The translations under genes and the position numbers were made by a program. Below the pieces are notes generated by a model. It saw nothing but the letters and a program-made list of their open reading frames with translations. It had not been told where the DNA came from and did no database searches. 64,000 nt of DNA from Tubiluchus corallicola (Eukaryota > Animalia > Priapulida), in NCBI GenBank assembly GCA_030141605.1, contig JAQGDQ010000096.1:310001-374000 (forward strand), in the 5' to 3' direction. Below are positions 21,761 through 36,900 of the stretch, piece after piece; within the stretch, counting starts at the first letter, position 1, and each line of letters begins with the position of its first letter.

Positions 21761-24700
21761 TAGTGTGTTGAAGTCAGTGACTGGTTATGTTGCGGAAGTA
21801 TGAAATCACCAACATTATTTTGTACTCCGAATTACATTCATGCATTGTTAACAAGACTGAATTAATTCAATTCCAATAATCGTGTTTACACACGACTATA
21901 CCTGGTCGAGTATTGTTAGCTGATGCCAATACTTGAAGATTAATACGCTCAAGTGTGACTAACCTGTGTGCACGGTAGTCGTAACTAATTATCCCTTGAC
22001 TGTACTTATTCCAGTGTGATTCACTCATGTGTGATTGAGCAGTAGCCCTAATTCTCAGATTTCTTTTAGCTCCTGTCTCGGGCATTTAAACAGTCCTAAG
22101 TTTTCATCTACACCATTGTCTTAGCCTCTATTTCAACCTCTATTTGTAAAAGGATATATAAATACATATAAGCGATGAAAAAGTAATATTTTTGTAAGGC
22201 ACATTGCGTAAAAATAATACTTTAAAGGAAAGGACAAGTCACTTAGCGTGCTGGGCTTATTTTACTGTTATCACTCAAACACAGAAAAAACAAAAGAGAA
22301 ATTTGCAAAAAACTGTCTATACAGGAAAAAGTTACTGCCACTGTGTAGAAATTTTTAGGCGCGATGGCAGCGGCCATTCACTTAATTGATAATTATGGCG
22401 CAACTGGTGGTCTTCGTTACATTTCGTAACTAAGTCTTATTTCTGCAGCTTACTTAAATGTACATGCAAAATAAAGAAAATCACAAAATTATATGTCTAT
22501 TTTTTGTAAAGACATACTACTCTTTTGTCGGAAATTGACAGTCTGCTGCTTTTCTTCAGTCGACGAATAACTTCAGTCATTGGTGGAAAATGGCACCCAA
22601 ATGTAAAATGATCGGGACTTTAAAGTGATTTTACTAATTACACGAGGCGCTTATCACACTTTCATTACTAAATCCTTCTAACATTTTTCGCAAACATTGA
22701 AATAAGCCTAACTTCTCAGACGGCTCGGCTTTTCCTTTCATTTCAGGCTTTGGCTGTTTAAAATAGGAATTATGGAAAAACCGAGGGAATGTCATCTCAT
22801 ATTGCAGCAATTACAACGTGAGAATAGAGCAAAGATTATTTCGAACCAGATAACATAATCGTGTATTCGTAATAATTAGAATAACTACAAACACAGTAAT
22901 TTTTGGCAGTGAGGTTTCGTTTCCCAAATGAAATAAATAGCAATTTAAAAGGTGTTAAAATCAAATCACCTCCACACCTGTTTATTTCACTTGTGTTAAC
23001 GGTGCCAAAATTAGTTTAGATTATTAGTTTATGAGTTTATTTCAGCTTAGAACAACATGTAAATGTATACATACATGCATAAAAAATCAAAACTATGGTT
23101 CACAAATCTACAACTAAAATCACATAGAATTAGATATTACGGTAAAAAAATTATAATATTATATAAAATAAAAGTTATCGTATTCGCAGACGCTATTTGG
23201 CCTATTATTGTACCTGCATCCAGTGCAACACGAAGTTCTTCTTATATTAGAATTATACAACCTCTATATATAATATATATTATTAGAATTATGATATATA
23301 TTAGAATTATACAACGTCTTATATATGCGTCTACTGAGCTTCTTTTTCTGAAAACATTTAATAAAAATTAAAATTTTCGGTGAACAGTCACTATTAGAAT
23401 TCATCAATGCTAGAAGTTGTACTTCTTGTTCTGTTTTATTTGTACGTCTTGACCTGTTTTATTTGGGTTGGGTACGTTTAATAACCAGTAGTCATTTGTG
23501 ATTTAACAATAGGAAAGTCAATTAACAACTCCTGGCTTTTACAGCGATGGCAATAGACCAACAAATAAGTACGTAACAAGTCACCTTATAAGGCTATACA
23601 CATTAATAAGCAAAAGTTAGGGACAGCGTTACACAGTTTTACCAGCGAGAATTTCTGGAAGCGGAACTGGAACTAACCCGTAGTTGTTTGTCCAGGTGGA
23701 GATAACAAAAAATAAGCACTAAACATTTCCTCTGAGACCTCCAAGAAATTCTTCACGAATTTTTTTGTACGTGGCGTCTCGTTTTGCGAAAAAAGAACCG
23801 CGCATAAAAGATTTTCATTTAGGCACCCTATACCCTCCTATTTTTACAAAGTTTCTTGGAAATCTGTTAGATAGTTTTTGCGTAATAGGCTTACTGCCAT
23901 AACAGACAAAAACAGCAAAACGTACAGACAAACAAACAAACTGTGTTGATGCACAACTTCCTTGGCAGAGGTAAAAATAACTAGAATAAATATCCCCCAC
24001 TGTAATCCTATCCCTAAACACATATTGTACTTAATGTGCCATTTTCCTGTGCCATTTTTATCTGCTTTTCCATTTTGTGCCATTTTCCTGTGCCATTTCT
24101 ACCTGTGCCTTTTTACCTACGTTCCCAGTGAGCATTTATACTAGCGCTTGTATCACTCAGACAATTCATTTAGTGAAAAAAGTTCCACAGGAGCAGAGCT
24201 GTCTAAGCTCTTCATTGGACCCTTCTTGGTATAGATCAGGTAACTTTCTTAAGTAAAGACGTTTCAGTTCTAACCATCGTCATTTCTTTAATTTATTTGT
24301 TAATTTAGAGCATAGGGATTTGTAAACCCGATTTTTGGAAGTAACCAATGAACAAACACGGGTTTATCGAAGAATCATGCGGGTAATAATAACCCGGACC
24401 AATTTGGAAATAAGTCTTGAGTTACTTAAGGTGTTATCTCTGGACTACGTCCTAAACGAAATTGTTATTATGATATAGCGCCCGAGAACCCGCGCTTCAC
24501 TGAAAAGAATTGCAGCAAATAACGTAGAACTGTTCAAGCTCATTTAGGACCTACGTCTGCGGGTATTCTCTTAGAAACGTTTAATTTGAAAATGCGTCTA
24601 TATGGCCCGTATATATGATATGAAATACGTAGAAATACGAAAAGGTAAATTGTTTTTAGATTACTGCAAAAGACATAGATTTATTTATTTATTTATCACA

Positions 24701-27700
24701 AAGAGCGATAATGTGCTTTGTATATTGTACGATGTATACGTTCAATAAGAAGACTTGGTAATACTAGTGGAAACCTACCGACACTTGCTAAGAGAATTGA
24801 GATTGTAACCACGTAACCTAATCAAGAGCTTGCTATAAGAATTGCTCAGTTTCAGTTACTGTCTGCGCTCGTTTATCGTCAGTTCTAAACTGTGTCCCCT
24901 GCCCTGTGAGATTTCATGCGAGAATGTACGCCCATGCCCGAGTTCACAGATAGTAACAGCAGCATCTGTAAGACCGTCACGAGTCGATCACAGTCGCTGT
25001 AACGACGTTTTAACCATCGCTCTGCTATTATAGTGCTGACTTAATGTTTCCCCATGGTCCACACATGCAATGCTGTTTTAGTCCATAGAGAGATTACCTT
25101 ATTTATGCCTTTTTATTATTAAATAAGTTGCTGGCGTTATGTGCTATCTGTGGCTGTAGATAACATGAGAGCTGCTCAATCATAGTTGGGAGCTACTCAT
25201 AATACGAGGACAATATGGAGCCACTATAGGTCCGTATAACAGAACCCACTCATTTTAACTATCTGCTTATTTTGCTTTATGCAAAAAACGAAAACAAACA
25301 TTTAAGAACCAAATGACTCATAAAATAACAGTTTTGCTAAAACGCGTACTTAAATTTAGATAGTATGGATAATGGAATGGTAATCTTTTTACGCTCCAAA
25401 TCGCAATACCAGTCGCTAGCACATATACGAGCATCCGCAATTTGGACGGTTAACAATTACTAATACGCAAGAGTATAGTTTTAATATTACATGTATTTAG
25501 GTTGTTAACAACAATGACAAATAATAAACAAGCAACAAACAAACGAACAAAAAACAAATTAAAAAATACAATAATATTAGCCTCTATAACTTTTTCGAGT
25601 AGGTAATATTAGTATATATTTTCATAGTACCAAACTTTCCCAGTACTAAACTTTCCTAGTACCAAACTTGTTCCGTATCATTTTTACCGTGTACTAGATT
25701 CACTTGCACCAAAAATGCTTAACAAAACTTCGATAGTATCATGTTTACAAGTACCATATCTTCTCGGTACCAAATTTTTGCAGTACAAAAATTTCCCTGT
25801 ACGAAAAATTCCCAGTACCAAAATTACCAGAACCAAACTTGCCTGTAGCAAAGTTACAAGCACTAAGACCATTGTTTCAATGTCATACGAATCATAGCGT
25901 ACAGACAAAACTTGGGCAACATACAGCACAACGCTAATCGAATAAACAGGCTGCACTTCCGAAGGTTCCATCTCAATTGAATTGCAAATCTGCAGAGATG
26001 TTTAGGGCACGTGCGTAGTAGCTGCATTACTGGAAACTATAGTGTATCTATCAAGTGCTTTGCCATTTTGCTGGAACCAATTAAACAATTTGAATGAAAT
26101 CTTATAAAATATCTTTATTATTCTGGCTTTAGTAAGGCATTGACCTTCTCCATTTTAATGGATTGTGTATTTTCAAGAAATAGAATAAAATTGTAGAAGC
26201 AAAACAAAAACATTCTTTTGTTAATATTCATGCTGATAATATTGTTCTTGTCTATTGACTTTACAGCCTCTTTGTGACAATTATTTTTGTTGCATGTCTC
26301 CGAAATAGTTTAAATGTCAGCCAGGTTGGTGACAAAATTTGGTCAAATTTTCCAATGGTTTTTGATGTCGTCCGTGAATTTCAGAATTCACTGTGTCAAT
26401 TACCATTTTTGTAACTGCTATTTATTGATGACTGAAATGTGTAGAAATGTTGTAGAGAATGATTATACTACATATTTGGCACTGTAATATTTCAGTTATA
26501 ATGAAATCTTATTCCAGTTTAGTGGATAATGCATCTAGAAGCCACCAGGGGTTTATATGCATTACTTATTTGCTTTTTTAAGTTTACAGGAAACGAACGA
26601 TTTTAGGTGTTGGCCTCTTAGCATGAAGAGAAGGTTCTACTGTTATGTCTCATTTGTTAAAGGATATAATCACACGCGTTATCGAACCCTCAGCTTCACT
26701 TACTCTTCAGAAATTCTCTTCATATTGATTTGGCAAGAAACACAAACCCTGCTATTATAAGGTCGTGCAACACACAATGACTGTACCTTGACTTCTTTTT
26801 TCACCGCAGCTCCTACATGAACTCTTCCAGCCGTCTTCGTGCACATCAGACTGTAGCGTTACAAACTGTAATAGAGGTAAACGTTTGACATGTTAGGAAA
26901 CTTGTAGGGTAATCTAAACGTTACAACACAGACCCTGCACTAATTCATTTAGATGAAACCAGATATTTCTTCTTGTTTTTAGTATTTTGCGTAAAATGGC
27001 GAAACACAAAAGAAAACAATAAATCGTGACCGGTAATATGAAGCAACAAAATAGAGACAGTGCTGACTTCTTACGTTTTAGTACTGAGGTGACAGTGGGT
27101 TTTTGTAAATACGTAAGATACGGGTGAGGGTCATTATGCAATAAAGGGATCGTTATGCAGCAATGCGACATTCTATAACAAATCACAAAATTTGTCATTG
27201 CGTAACAAATTTTACGAGGTTATGTAACGATCATTAGATAACAATTTTTGCATCATTGTGTTATTTGTGATTGGTCAGTGGTTGTTAGGTTTGTCACACT
27301 CTGGGTTTGCTACATCTATTGGAGTGCGTCAGTTTATTTCTGTTTTAGACATGGGTCAGGTTCCAGCTTGGTCTGGTCTGCTTGAGGTCGGATCTATCAG
27401 ATATCTAGCCTGGGGATGGTTTGACTGGGTTTGGTCTGTCTGAAGTCTGATCTATCAGACGTCTGGTCTATGGATAATTTGACTTGAATCTAATCTGTCT
27501 GAGGTCTGATTTGTCAGATATCTGGCCTGTGGGTGGTTTGACTGAGTTCTGGTCTGCCTGAGGTCTGATCTATCAGACTTCTAGTCTTCCTGTATCAGAT
27601 CATCGTACTGTACAAACACCATTAAAAGTACGTTACTTGAAGTAGATTTTATTAATATTTTATTATATCTAGCCGAGTTTGACCTAACAGAGGTACAGTT

Positions 27701-30700
27701 AGGTACTCTTTCAAGTCTGGTATCAAAATTCAGCTAATTGTGAATCTGTTCCATCAGTAATAATAATTATAATAATTAAGTAATTAATCGCCCTCGGAAA
27801 TTTCAGGCCCAACATTACTCAAAATAAAATTAATTCGTTAGTTAGAATCACTGTAGTGTGAATGATCTAACATTGGAAATGTTGAATTTGGTTGGCTAGC
27901 GATAAGGAATGAACTTTGAAATGCTTTGACCACTCGAAGATACAGTGGCCGATTGATCTCATTTGCCTTAAAAGGAGAAGGTCCCTGGTTCAAATCCAGA
28001 CTGTATCTCAACTTTTTCATATTTCCTACATTTGAAGTCTGGTATCAAAATTTAATTAATTATGGACTTGCTCTATCACTAATAATAATATTGGCTTTTA
28101 AAATTATAATAATTGATTGACCGTTCACCATGTGAACTCTCTTTGTACTTCCTTACATAGTTTAGTATCAAGGCGCAGTATCAAAACCAAAAATGGTATG
28201 AAAATATGTAATGTATAAATTAGCTTTGATAGATCGGATCTCTGGCACAGTACATCTCTGATAGGTCGGAAGGACGAACATCCCAGACAAATCAATCGCA
28301 GAACAAATTTCTGACGGATTAGACATCAGACATATCAGATTCTAGACAGATCAGCTGACCAAACCGGAACCAGACCTACGTCTAGAACAGAAAGAAACTG
28401 ACCAAGTTCAATAATTAGATCACAACCACACCATGGCAAGATTCAATCACAATGCGTGAGCAACCCTACATTAGCCTGTTACATAATGCTGCATTTTTCT
28501 TTTAAAAAATGTTGCAAAAGCTGTTGCATAATGATTACACAATAATGAAGTTTGTGATTTATTATATATTGTAGAATTTCTGTTACATTTATTTATTTTA
28601 TATTTATTAGGGTAATTATTTATGCACTCATTAATTCGGTTATTCATTTATTCATTTACTGATTGTTTTGTCATCAGAACTCGTTGGTTAGTCGTCATAA
28701 AAGACATTTACCAGATAAATTTTTTGATGTGAATTAATGTAGTTAATTTCGAGAAAAAAATTCATTGGTAATTTTGCATTTATGTAGCTAAAGTTCGTGG
28801 GAAACGTGATATATCACCGTACAGTTATTTGTTTTTTGTTGTCTTACAAATTAAGGAAAAAAACTGGTACGTATAAGTCTGTTTAACAGCTATACCAGAA
28901 ACTGCTAGAGAACCCACATCTAGAAGCTGGTAATTAAGTAACGGTTTAATGTGATCAGACAGTATAACAACGTTACTGAACTGGGCATATAATGTCTGGC
29001 ATTGCGCTCGGTTTCCCAAGATCAATATACTGGAAAGCAATCTCTTCCAGCTTCTTGCTGTAGCTGCAAGAAAGAAAAGTCTTCTTCATCTAAACAAATA
29101 CATAGACACTATAGACATCTTTTTTGTTTACCGCGTTTCCCAGAGTTACTTAATTAAGCAATTAACACAACAAGTACGTAACCCTAATCATATTCATCAA
29201 TGTAATTCTGTAAACGAATTTATATTTTTGAAGTTTTTCATTGTTTGTTAAATATAGTAATAGTATTAATTCGTGAAACGGACTAATATCACTTCTTTTT
29301 GTCCAACATTTTTCGTAATTTTATTTGTACTATAAGCTACTTCTAAAAGACATTTCATAATACATGTAGTTTAGTGCTATCATGAATTATAACAGACACT
29401 ATGTACATCACTTGTTCGCACACAAACCTGCTAAATTTCACCGCCCGCACACAAATATGATCACTGTAATATTCATCGCGTTAACCACATCAGTGATCGG
29501 CACACATACCTTATGAACGTGCACACACCGTAATATTCATCTCGCACTAAACACATTAATCGTTCGCACACCAACTTCACAGACATGCCGTTAACACGAA
29601 CTACATCAATGGTCTTTAAAGCTTTTAACACTGTTTGTAAAATGCTTGTTCAAATCGCAGCTAATATACCACCACAACCAACTAATACATACCCTACCGC
29701 GTTTATCTCGAATATAACTTTTGCAAACGATTTCTTTTGGTTTATGTTTTTTCAGTCGCCCCGTATCTAATTCTAAAGGTAAACACTTAATGAGATGACG
29801 ATAACCTGATGTTTCACATAGTTGAATTAGTCCACAACTCTTGCATGCTAGGTGTTGACACATGATCGATTTTGTCTGTATTTTTATTATGTCTGATTAT
29901 GTAAATATTTGTACAATGGACATTTTTGACTGAAATAAGAAGTATAATATAATAGTAATTTACAAGTAAAATAAAAAATGGTGTCATTGTTATTTTTATC
30001 GGCAGATTTTTTTTTTGCAAAATCGTTGAAAGTTGAATTGAAATGTAAACTACAAGTGATAGCTTCGATTCTAGACAAAAGTCGAGTGCAAACTGTGGCA
30101 TTTCACTGACGGTTTTTATTGGCTGGGGAACCACGGGCCCAACAAAAATCACTTGGATGTGTTTTGTAGTGACTCCTTTACTTAATGACTATATTTTAAC
30201 GACTTGGCGTACACGTTACACACGTGACAGTTTTTAACTTGTGTATATAGTTTTATAATCTGTTTCACTTACTTGTTTTTATATATTATTTTATGTATTG
30301 ATTTAAATCAGAAATGACATAAAACAAAATAAAATAATGAAATACACACGCACGCACGCACGCACAGACACACACACACACGCGCGCGCGCGCGCACACA
30401 CTCACGCACACACACACAACTCTTTTCATAAGTTTTATAGCAATTGTTTTACAGTCTCAGTTCATGGTTGTCTTATAATTATAAATTAGAAGCAAAAACT
30501 TTGCAAGTAAGTCAACAACAATTCGAAGACACAGCCTTTGTAGCCTACTCAATTTTTTGTTGGCTGACAAGAGCTGATAATGTGTCAGCATCTTTACACA
30601 CAGGCACACGTTCCCTGTTATAATTATTATTTCACCTCGCACTATTTATAGGAAACGGATTACTGAGCGCACACAGCATAAAAACTGAAGCAATAAAGAT

Positions 30701-33700
30701 TTTTCACGAAACTGTAAAGCATTTTATCACCGGCGTTTGCCATGAGCTGTGACAACTAACTGCATTTTTAATTGCTTCACTTCCCAGAGGAGGCGAGAAT
30801 TTTTCCAGCTTTTAGACCAATCACTTAACGTGTGTTCAACGTAATAAACGCAACTTTCTTCTGCCTAGAGCAGCATAATAATTATTTTAGACTATAATTT
30901 CTTGCTACAGCAACCCAATCTAATATTGCTCATACTTTAAACAGACACAATCATGCCGATAATTCGTTTCTTCATCGTGTTGCGACGCTTTCGCCATTGC
31001 TTTTTGACATTGCCATAGTCATTGCCATCTTATCCTTAGAATCTTTATCTTTGTAGGTACTGGCTAATACTATTCAGTATCATTAATTTTTGACATAAAG
31101 TTTCAGTTTCTGAAATACCATCACACCAGTACGACAACATACACACTAATTCAGAATTCATATACCCACGGCCATATTAATTAAATCATAATTTGTTTGT
31201 TTTTTTTGTGTATGGTTGTAAATGTGTTTGATTTTATTTGTCATTACTGCACAGTAGTTTAGATTGCACTGACGCATTTGCCTTCAGCAGTGTAAGTTTT
31301 TATTAACTAACACTGATTGATTATCTCTGTAAAGTTTTTATCAGTGATTATCAATGTTTTAATGGCAAATAAAGATTATTATATATATATATATAGATGC
31401 TGCGCCAGTTCTCAAGTACCTGCTAAGCATTGGGGCTGCGTTTTTCTTAGACCGTTTATTTCATTTCGTACTGCATCTCAAAAGTTCTTCCAATTGCTGC
31501 CTTGGTTCTCTTTTTCGTTTAGAAAATGTGACATCTACTGGGACTCATTCACCAAAATTGGTCGCTCAGACTCGCTAGAAACAAAACAAAGGGGGAAGAA
31601 TTTCTGCGGCGAAAGACGCAACTGATTTTTAAATTTGCTGGTCAGAATTTTTGTTGCAAGGACATAAACTTGCTAATAACCATCAAATACTTTGGCTATT
31701 TGGTAGTTACGCCGGTCGACGTTTTTCATTTTCTTTTGTTTTGAATTTTTTGACAAGTTAAATAACTCTATAAAAAGTCACACCATAGCAGAGATAACGA
31801 GATGTGAATATAATAAAAAAAGGGAGAGCGAGAGAGAGATAGAGAGAGAGAGAAAGAGAGCCTTTTCTGGACTGCCCCACATTTGTGGAACAGATGACTA
31901 GCTTGATAGTGAATTAGGGAAGGTTAAGGCATACATGATCAGAATTTCAGACACTGCAGTAACTATTTGTACTACATTTGTCTCATCATCGTATTTATTA
32001 TGTATTATTATTTTATTACAGATTTTGTGCACCATTTTTACACTTAAATTTTTAACTATAAATAGTTGTTCATTTAAGTAAGGTAGCTAAATCGCTCAAT
32101 TCTCATTACATCTAATTGCTATAATATATGATATTTTTCAGTCTATTTACAGAATTTTTGAGTGTGGAGCTATTTTGTTACTGTCTTTAAATTTTTTGCG
32201 TTTTTTATGTGTATTCGTAGCATTTTTACTAGCATTTTAAATTTATTTAAAATGATGATGACCATGATCACCATCATCATCATCATCATCATCATCATCA
32301 TTAACATTATATTAAAACATAAATCATAAGAAGCATTTCTTTTATATTGCTTTGAGAGAAATAACATCACGATGTCTGTAAGGCAATTCAAAAGCAATTG
32401 TTACAATAAGTCTTTTTGCTTTAATCTGGAAGGGTTGACAACAGGCATTGCTGAACGTCTGTAACGTTCTGTTCAATTATAAGTCATAACTAATTTGTTA
32501 GAATTGCATTGTAGTGTCATTGCTTACAAAGTTACACTAAGATGAGAATAAGGAATGAGGATTGCTAGAAGTAAAATTACAATTGAAATTAAAATTGTAA
32601 TGAAAGAATCTTTTTGAATCTCACACAGTTATTTTTTCTTCATTTTCCGCAAACTTTTCGGGTTGCTAGGCCGCTAGGCTTGCAAGTTAGAGTCATGAAA
32701 CTCATAGGATGGGTATTCCTGGGCGGGGGAATGACAGCAGTATGTTGAACTCTAACCACTGATCAAGGAGGCAAGGGCAGTGCTACAATCACGAAACTTG
32801 CAAGGGGGGGGAGACACCTGAGACTCACAGAAGCGGCGTGTCCATGGAGCCATGAACTAGGTCAAATTTGATTTTGAGGTTCACCAGGCTTCGGCATATT
32901 CTTTCTATAAAATTTGTCTAGGTGATAAACACATAAAGAAAGTTCGATTTTTAGCGGTGTTCGTCTGAAATCAGGCCTTTTAGATGTAACGTCATTTCGT
33001 AGATATTAGTGAGCATTTCCAGACAAAAGTGGCCCAGTTGATAAAAAATGAGCTAGGTGGAGATTTAAAGTTCGTCTTACTAAAATTCATCTTTTCGAGC
33101 GTCTATTTTGTTGATACTACTGTGACAAAAGTGCAAACGTGGTTGGTGTAGAGATTGAGATCAGGGCCAGTTAAAGGACTCAACTTTGGGTTATAGGTCA
33201 ACATCTGCTTTTTTCTTAAATTTGTTTTTGTGGGTCGTCTAAGGTGAGAGGTTTGGATCTTTTTAAAATTCCCAGGAGAACGTTTCACACAGAAAATTGA
33301 AACGGTCCAGTTGGGGGTTTAACTTTTTGGAGGTGACATAAAGAAATTCACCTGTCATGTGGAATAAGTAAAATATGCTATGCCATTTATCATCTGAAAT
33401 ATGACGAACAGGTGATTTAAATCGCGTCGCTTGATCTTAGAAAAGTTATTTGTGGAGGACAAATTGGTAAAAACTGTTGCAGCCTCTTACACTGGTCATC
33501 ATTGCAAAGCGTAAAAGTGACCAGACTCACTATTACTTTTTTAACTTACTACAGTTCATATTGTGATTTCGACTTGAGTCCGCTTGCACTAGTTCAATAA
33601 AGGTCATTCCGTGAAGCATGCACTTGAATGAGTATCAAGGATTTTGTCAATAGTGATAAAAGCCGAGCATTTTGCAAGCCATGTTTGGACGGTTACATGA

Positions 33701-33928
33701 GACAAGGGCGCTAAGGCTCTTGTGGGATATAGATGGCTTAAATTGGATTTGAACATTGCAATAATACCGCACATTTAATGATTCTCATCCAGCTAGACAC
33801 ATTTGGCTCTGATTATTCGAGAACGTGAGTAGGTTAACATGTAATCGTAACAAGTACCGCCGCATTCACCCTCTTCCTCTGTTTTTCTCTCTCTCCCTTT
33901 CTCTCCCTCTCTCTCTTTCTCTCTCTCT

Positions 33929-33992
<64 letters not shown>

Positions 33993-36900
33993 AACACCGA
34001 CGATGGGTGTTTAAATTTCACATTGACCTGTCCTGTCCTGTTTTGTCTTGTCCTGCTCAGGCCTGTCCTGTTTTGTCTTGTCCTGCTCAGGCCTGTCCTG
34101 TCCTGCCTTGTCCTGTCCTGTCCTGTCCTGTCTTGCTCTGGCCTGTCCTGTCCTACTCTGTCCTTTCTTGCCCTGTCTTATCCTATCCTGTCCTGTCCGA
34201 TCCTGTTGCATCCCGTCCCGTCTCGTCCCATCCCGCCCTGTGCAGCCTTGTCCTGTCCTGTTCCACTCATTCGCGGCTTACTATAGTTTACTTCACCTTC
34301 CTTCACTGCTTTAACTACTACTTTAGTGTTCAGAAATTTAACTAGCAGCGTTTACATACAACGAATTTTGCCTTAAACAAACGGTTACTTCCAATATAAG
34401 GCGTTATGCATACATACTACTACACCAAGGGATTCCCTAGTCGCTTGTCATTTGTTTAAAATTTTTCAACATCGGTCTAATCATCTCTGCGATCAGCCAA
34501 AGACAGTACACTGAATCCGTTGTAACCATGGAAACGTGCACAAACAGCTTCCCTAGAGAAAAGCTGAGCAATATTACTTTTCGAGGAAGTTCCCATCGTA
34601 ATGTTTTAGAGTAGTTAAGTTAGAACTACTGTAAGTTAGGACCGTGCCGAGCACATGACATCAACCAGGTGGTATAAACGCATATTCTGTATTGTAGAAT
34701 TTCATTGGGTGCATAAAACGATACATGAATATATGTTTACCTATTTTAAAATTATTATACAGATCTATTATTTATTTACTTATTTATTATTCAATCTGTT
34801 TGCCAGTTCTACTGAATGAATTAACCACTTCTCTGTCTAAATCTACTGCGTAAAATAAACTTTCTTAAGTGAGAAATGTGATTATTATCAGTGAATGTAA
34901 TATCCACTATTATGCATTACATAAAAGTGACAGTTGCGCTTTTTATGGACATTATCGTACCAAGAGAGTGGGAAACACATTAGAATTGCATGAAGATGAA
35001 TGGCAAATACATGAAAAATGTGCGCATTCTCACTATTAAATTAGAATGAGAAAAAATTCAAGTAATACTTTACTATTTAAATTTTTTAATTGTTATATAA
35101 AGGTTAAGATAAGAGATAATATGAGATGAGGTGAGCCGAGGTGAGATGAGGTGAGATGAGATGAAATAAGACGAGATGAGATGAGGTGAGTTGAGATAAG
35201 ACGAGATGAGATGAGGTGAGGTGAGGTGAGGTGAGGTGAGATGAGATGAGAGGAGATGAGATGGGATGAGGCGAGATGAGATGAGGTGAACCGAGATGAG
35301 ATGAGATAAGACGAAATGAGATGAGGTGAGGTGAGGTTAGGTTAGGTTAGGTTAGGTGAGGTGAGGTGAGGTTAGGTTAGGTTAGGTTAGGTTAGGTGAG
35401 GTGAGGTGAGGTGAGGTGAGGTTAGGTGAGGTGAGGTGAGGTGAGATGAAATGAGAGGAGATGAGATGGGATGAGGCGAGATGAGATGAGGTGAACCGAG
35501 GTGAGGTGAGGTGATATGAGATGAGGTGAGCCGAGGTGAGGTGAGATGAGGTGAAGTAAGGTAAGGTGAGATGAGATGAGATGAGATGAGATGAGGCGAG
35601 ATGAGATGAGATGAGGTGAGGTGAGGTGAGCCAAGGTGAGGTGAGGTGAGGTGAGGTGAGATGAGATGAGATAAGACGAGATGAGATGAGATGAGGTGAG
35701 GTTAGGTGAGGTGCGGTGAGGCTAGGTTAGGTTAGGTGAGGTGAGGTGAGGTGAGGTGAAGTGAAGTGAGGTGAGGTTAGGTGAGGTGAGGTGAGGTGAG
35801 GTGAGATGAGATGAGGTGAACCGAGGTGAGGTGAGGTGATATGAGATGAGGTGAGCCGAGGTGAGGTGAGATGAGGTGAAGTAAGGTAAGGTGAGATGAG
35901 ATGAGATGAGATGAGATGAGGCGAGATGAGATGAGATGAGGTGAGGTGAGGTGAGCCAAGGTGAGGTGAGGTGAGGTGAGGTGAGATGAGATGAGATAAG
36001 ACGAGATGAGATGAGATGAGGTGAGGTTAGGTGAGGTGCGGTGAGGCTAGGTTAGGTTAGGTGAGGTGAGGTGAGGTGAGGTGAAGTGAAGTGAGGTGAG
36101 GTTAGGTGATGTGAGGTGAGGTGAGATGAGATGAGAGGAGAGATGGGATGAGGCGAGTTGAGATGAGGTGAGCCGAGGTGAGGTGAGGTGAGGTGATATG
36201 AGATGAGGTGAGCCGAGGTGAGATGAGATGAGATGAGATAAGAGATAAGAAATATATTTATTTATCTCCTGCATATTTAATAGTGCATAGAGGCATCCAG
36301 GTGTTTTTAAAACTTATCAAAATTAAAAATATTTTGTAGTAGTGTAGTTATGTAGAAGAAAGACAATTAGGGTTTAGAAAGTATGGCGAACGACCATACG
36401 CTCATCTAAGTCAACCACCCTTATTTTAGTGATTCTGTAATTTTTATACATGGCTGGATTAGCTAATGATTGTGAAATATTCATTTTTTACAATTCACCA
36501 AAATGTTAAAATGATCTTATTTAAGGCGCAGGCTTGTCGATGTGGTTCTGCTCTGTGGACCCAGTTTTATCTATACAGTCAATACAGTGAATTAAAAATA
36601 TGGGCATAACACTGCTTATGAAAATTGCTTAACATCCGTGGTATATGTGGCAAAAGTGAATGTTTTGTAAGAATGAATATACCAAATCGTGATGTCGTGT
36701 TCATCATTAGCTTAAATGCTGTTTTACTTACAGTACTGTCAATTGCTGAACTTAACAATAGCACATGCATAGTAATTCCCAGATCTGGACTCCGTGGCTC
36801 AAAATTTGTTGTAATCTACAACTTGTGCATTGTTTATATGCTTTCTTCATTATTATACTAATTGCATAAATGCGTGTAACCACTTTTTGTTATTTTTTAT

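Noticed and set aside
27939-28008. Functional tRNA gene
   Set aside because: D and anticodon arms do not form canonical stems; kept only as tRNA-like
29606-29863. ORF with CKSC motif, possible transposase zinc-finger fragment
   Set aside because: Too short, with no further recognisable motifs
35335-35395. Interstitial telomere (TTAGG)n
   Set aside because: Short runs embedded in a GTGAG satellite and explained by single-base variants
33825-36274. ORFs rich in LS, CPVLS and SHLIS
   Set aside because: Translations of CT, CCTGT and GAGAT/GAGGT microsatellites
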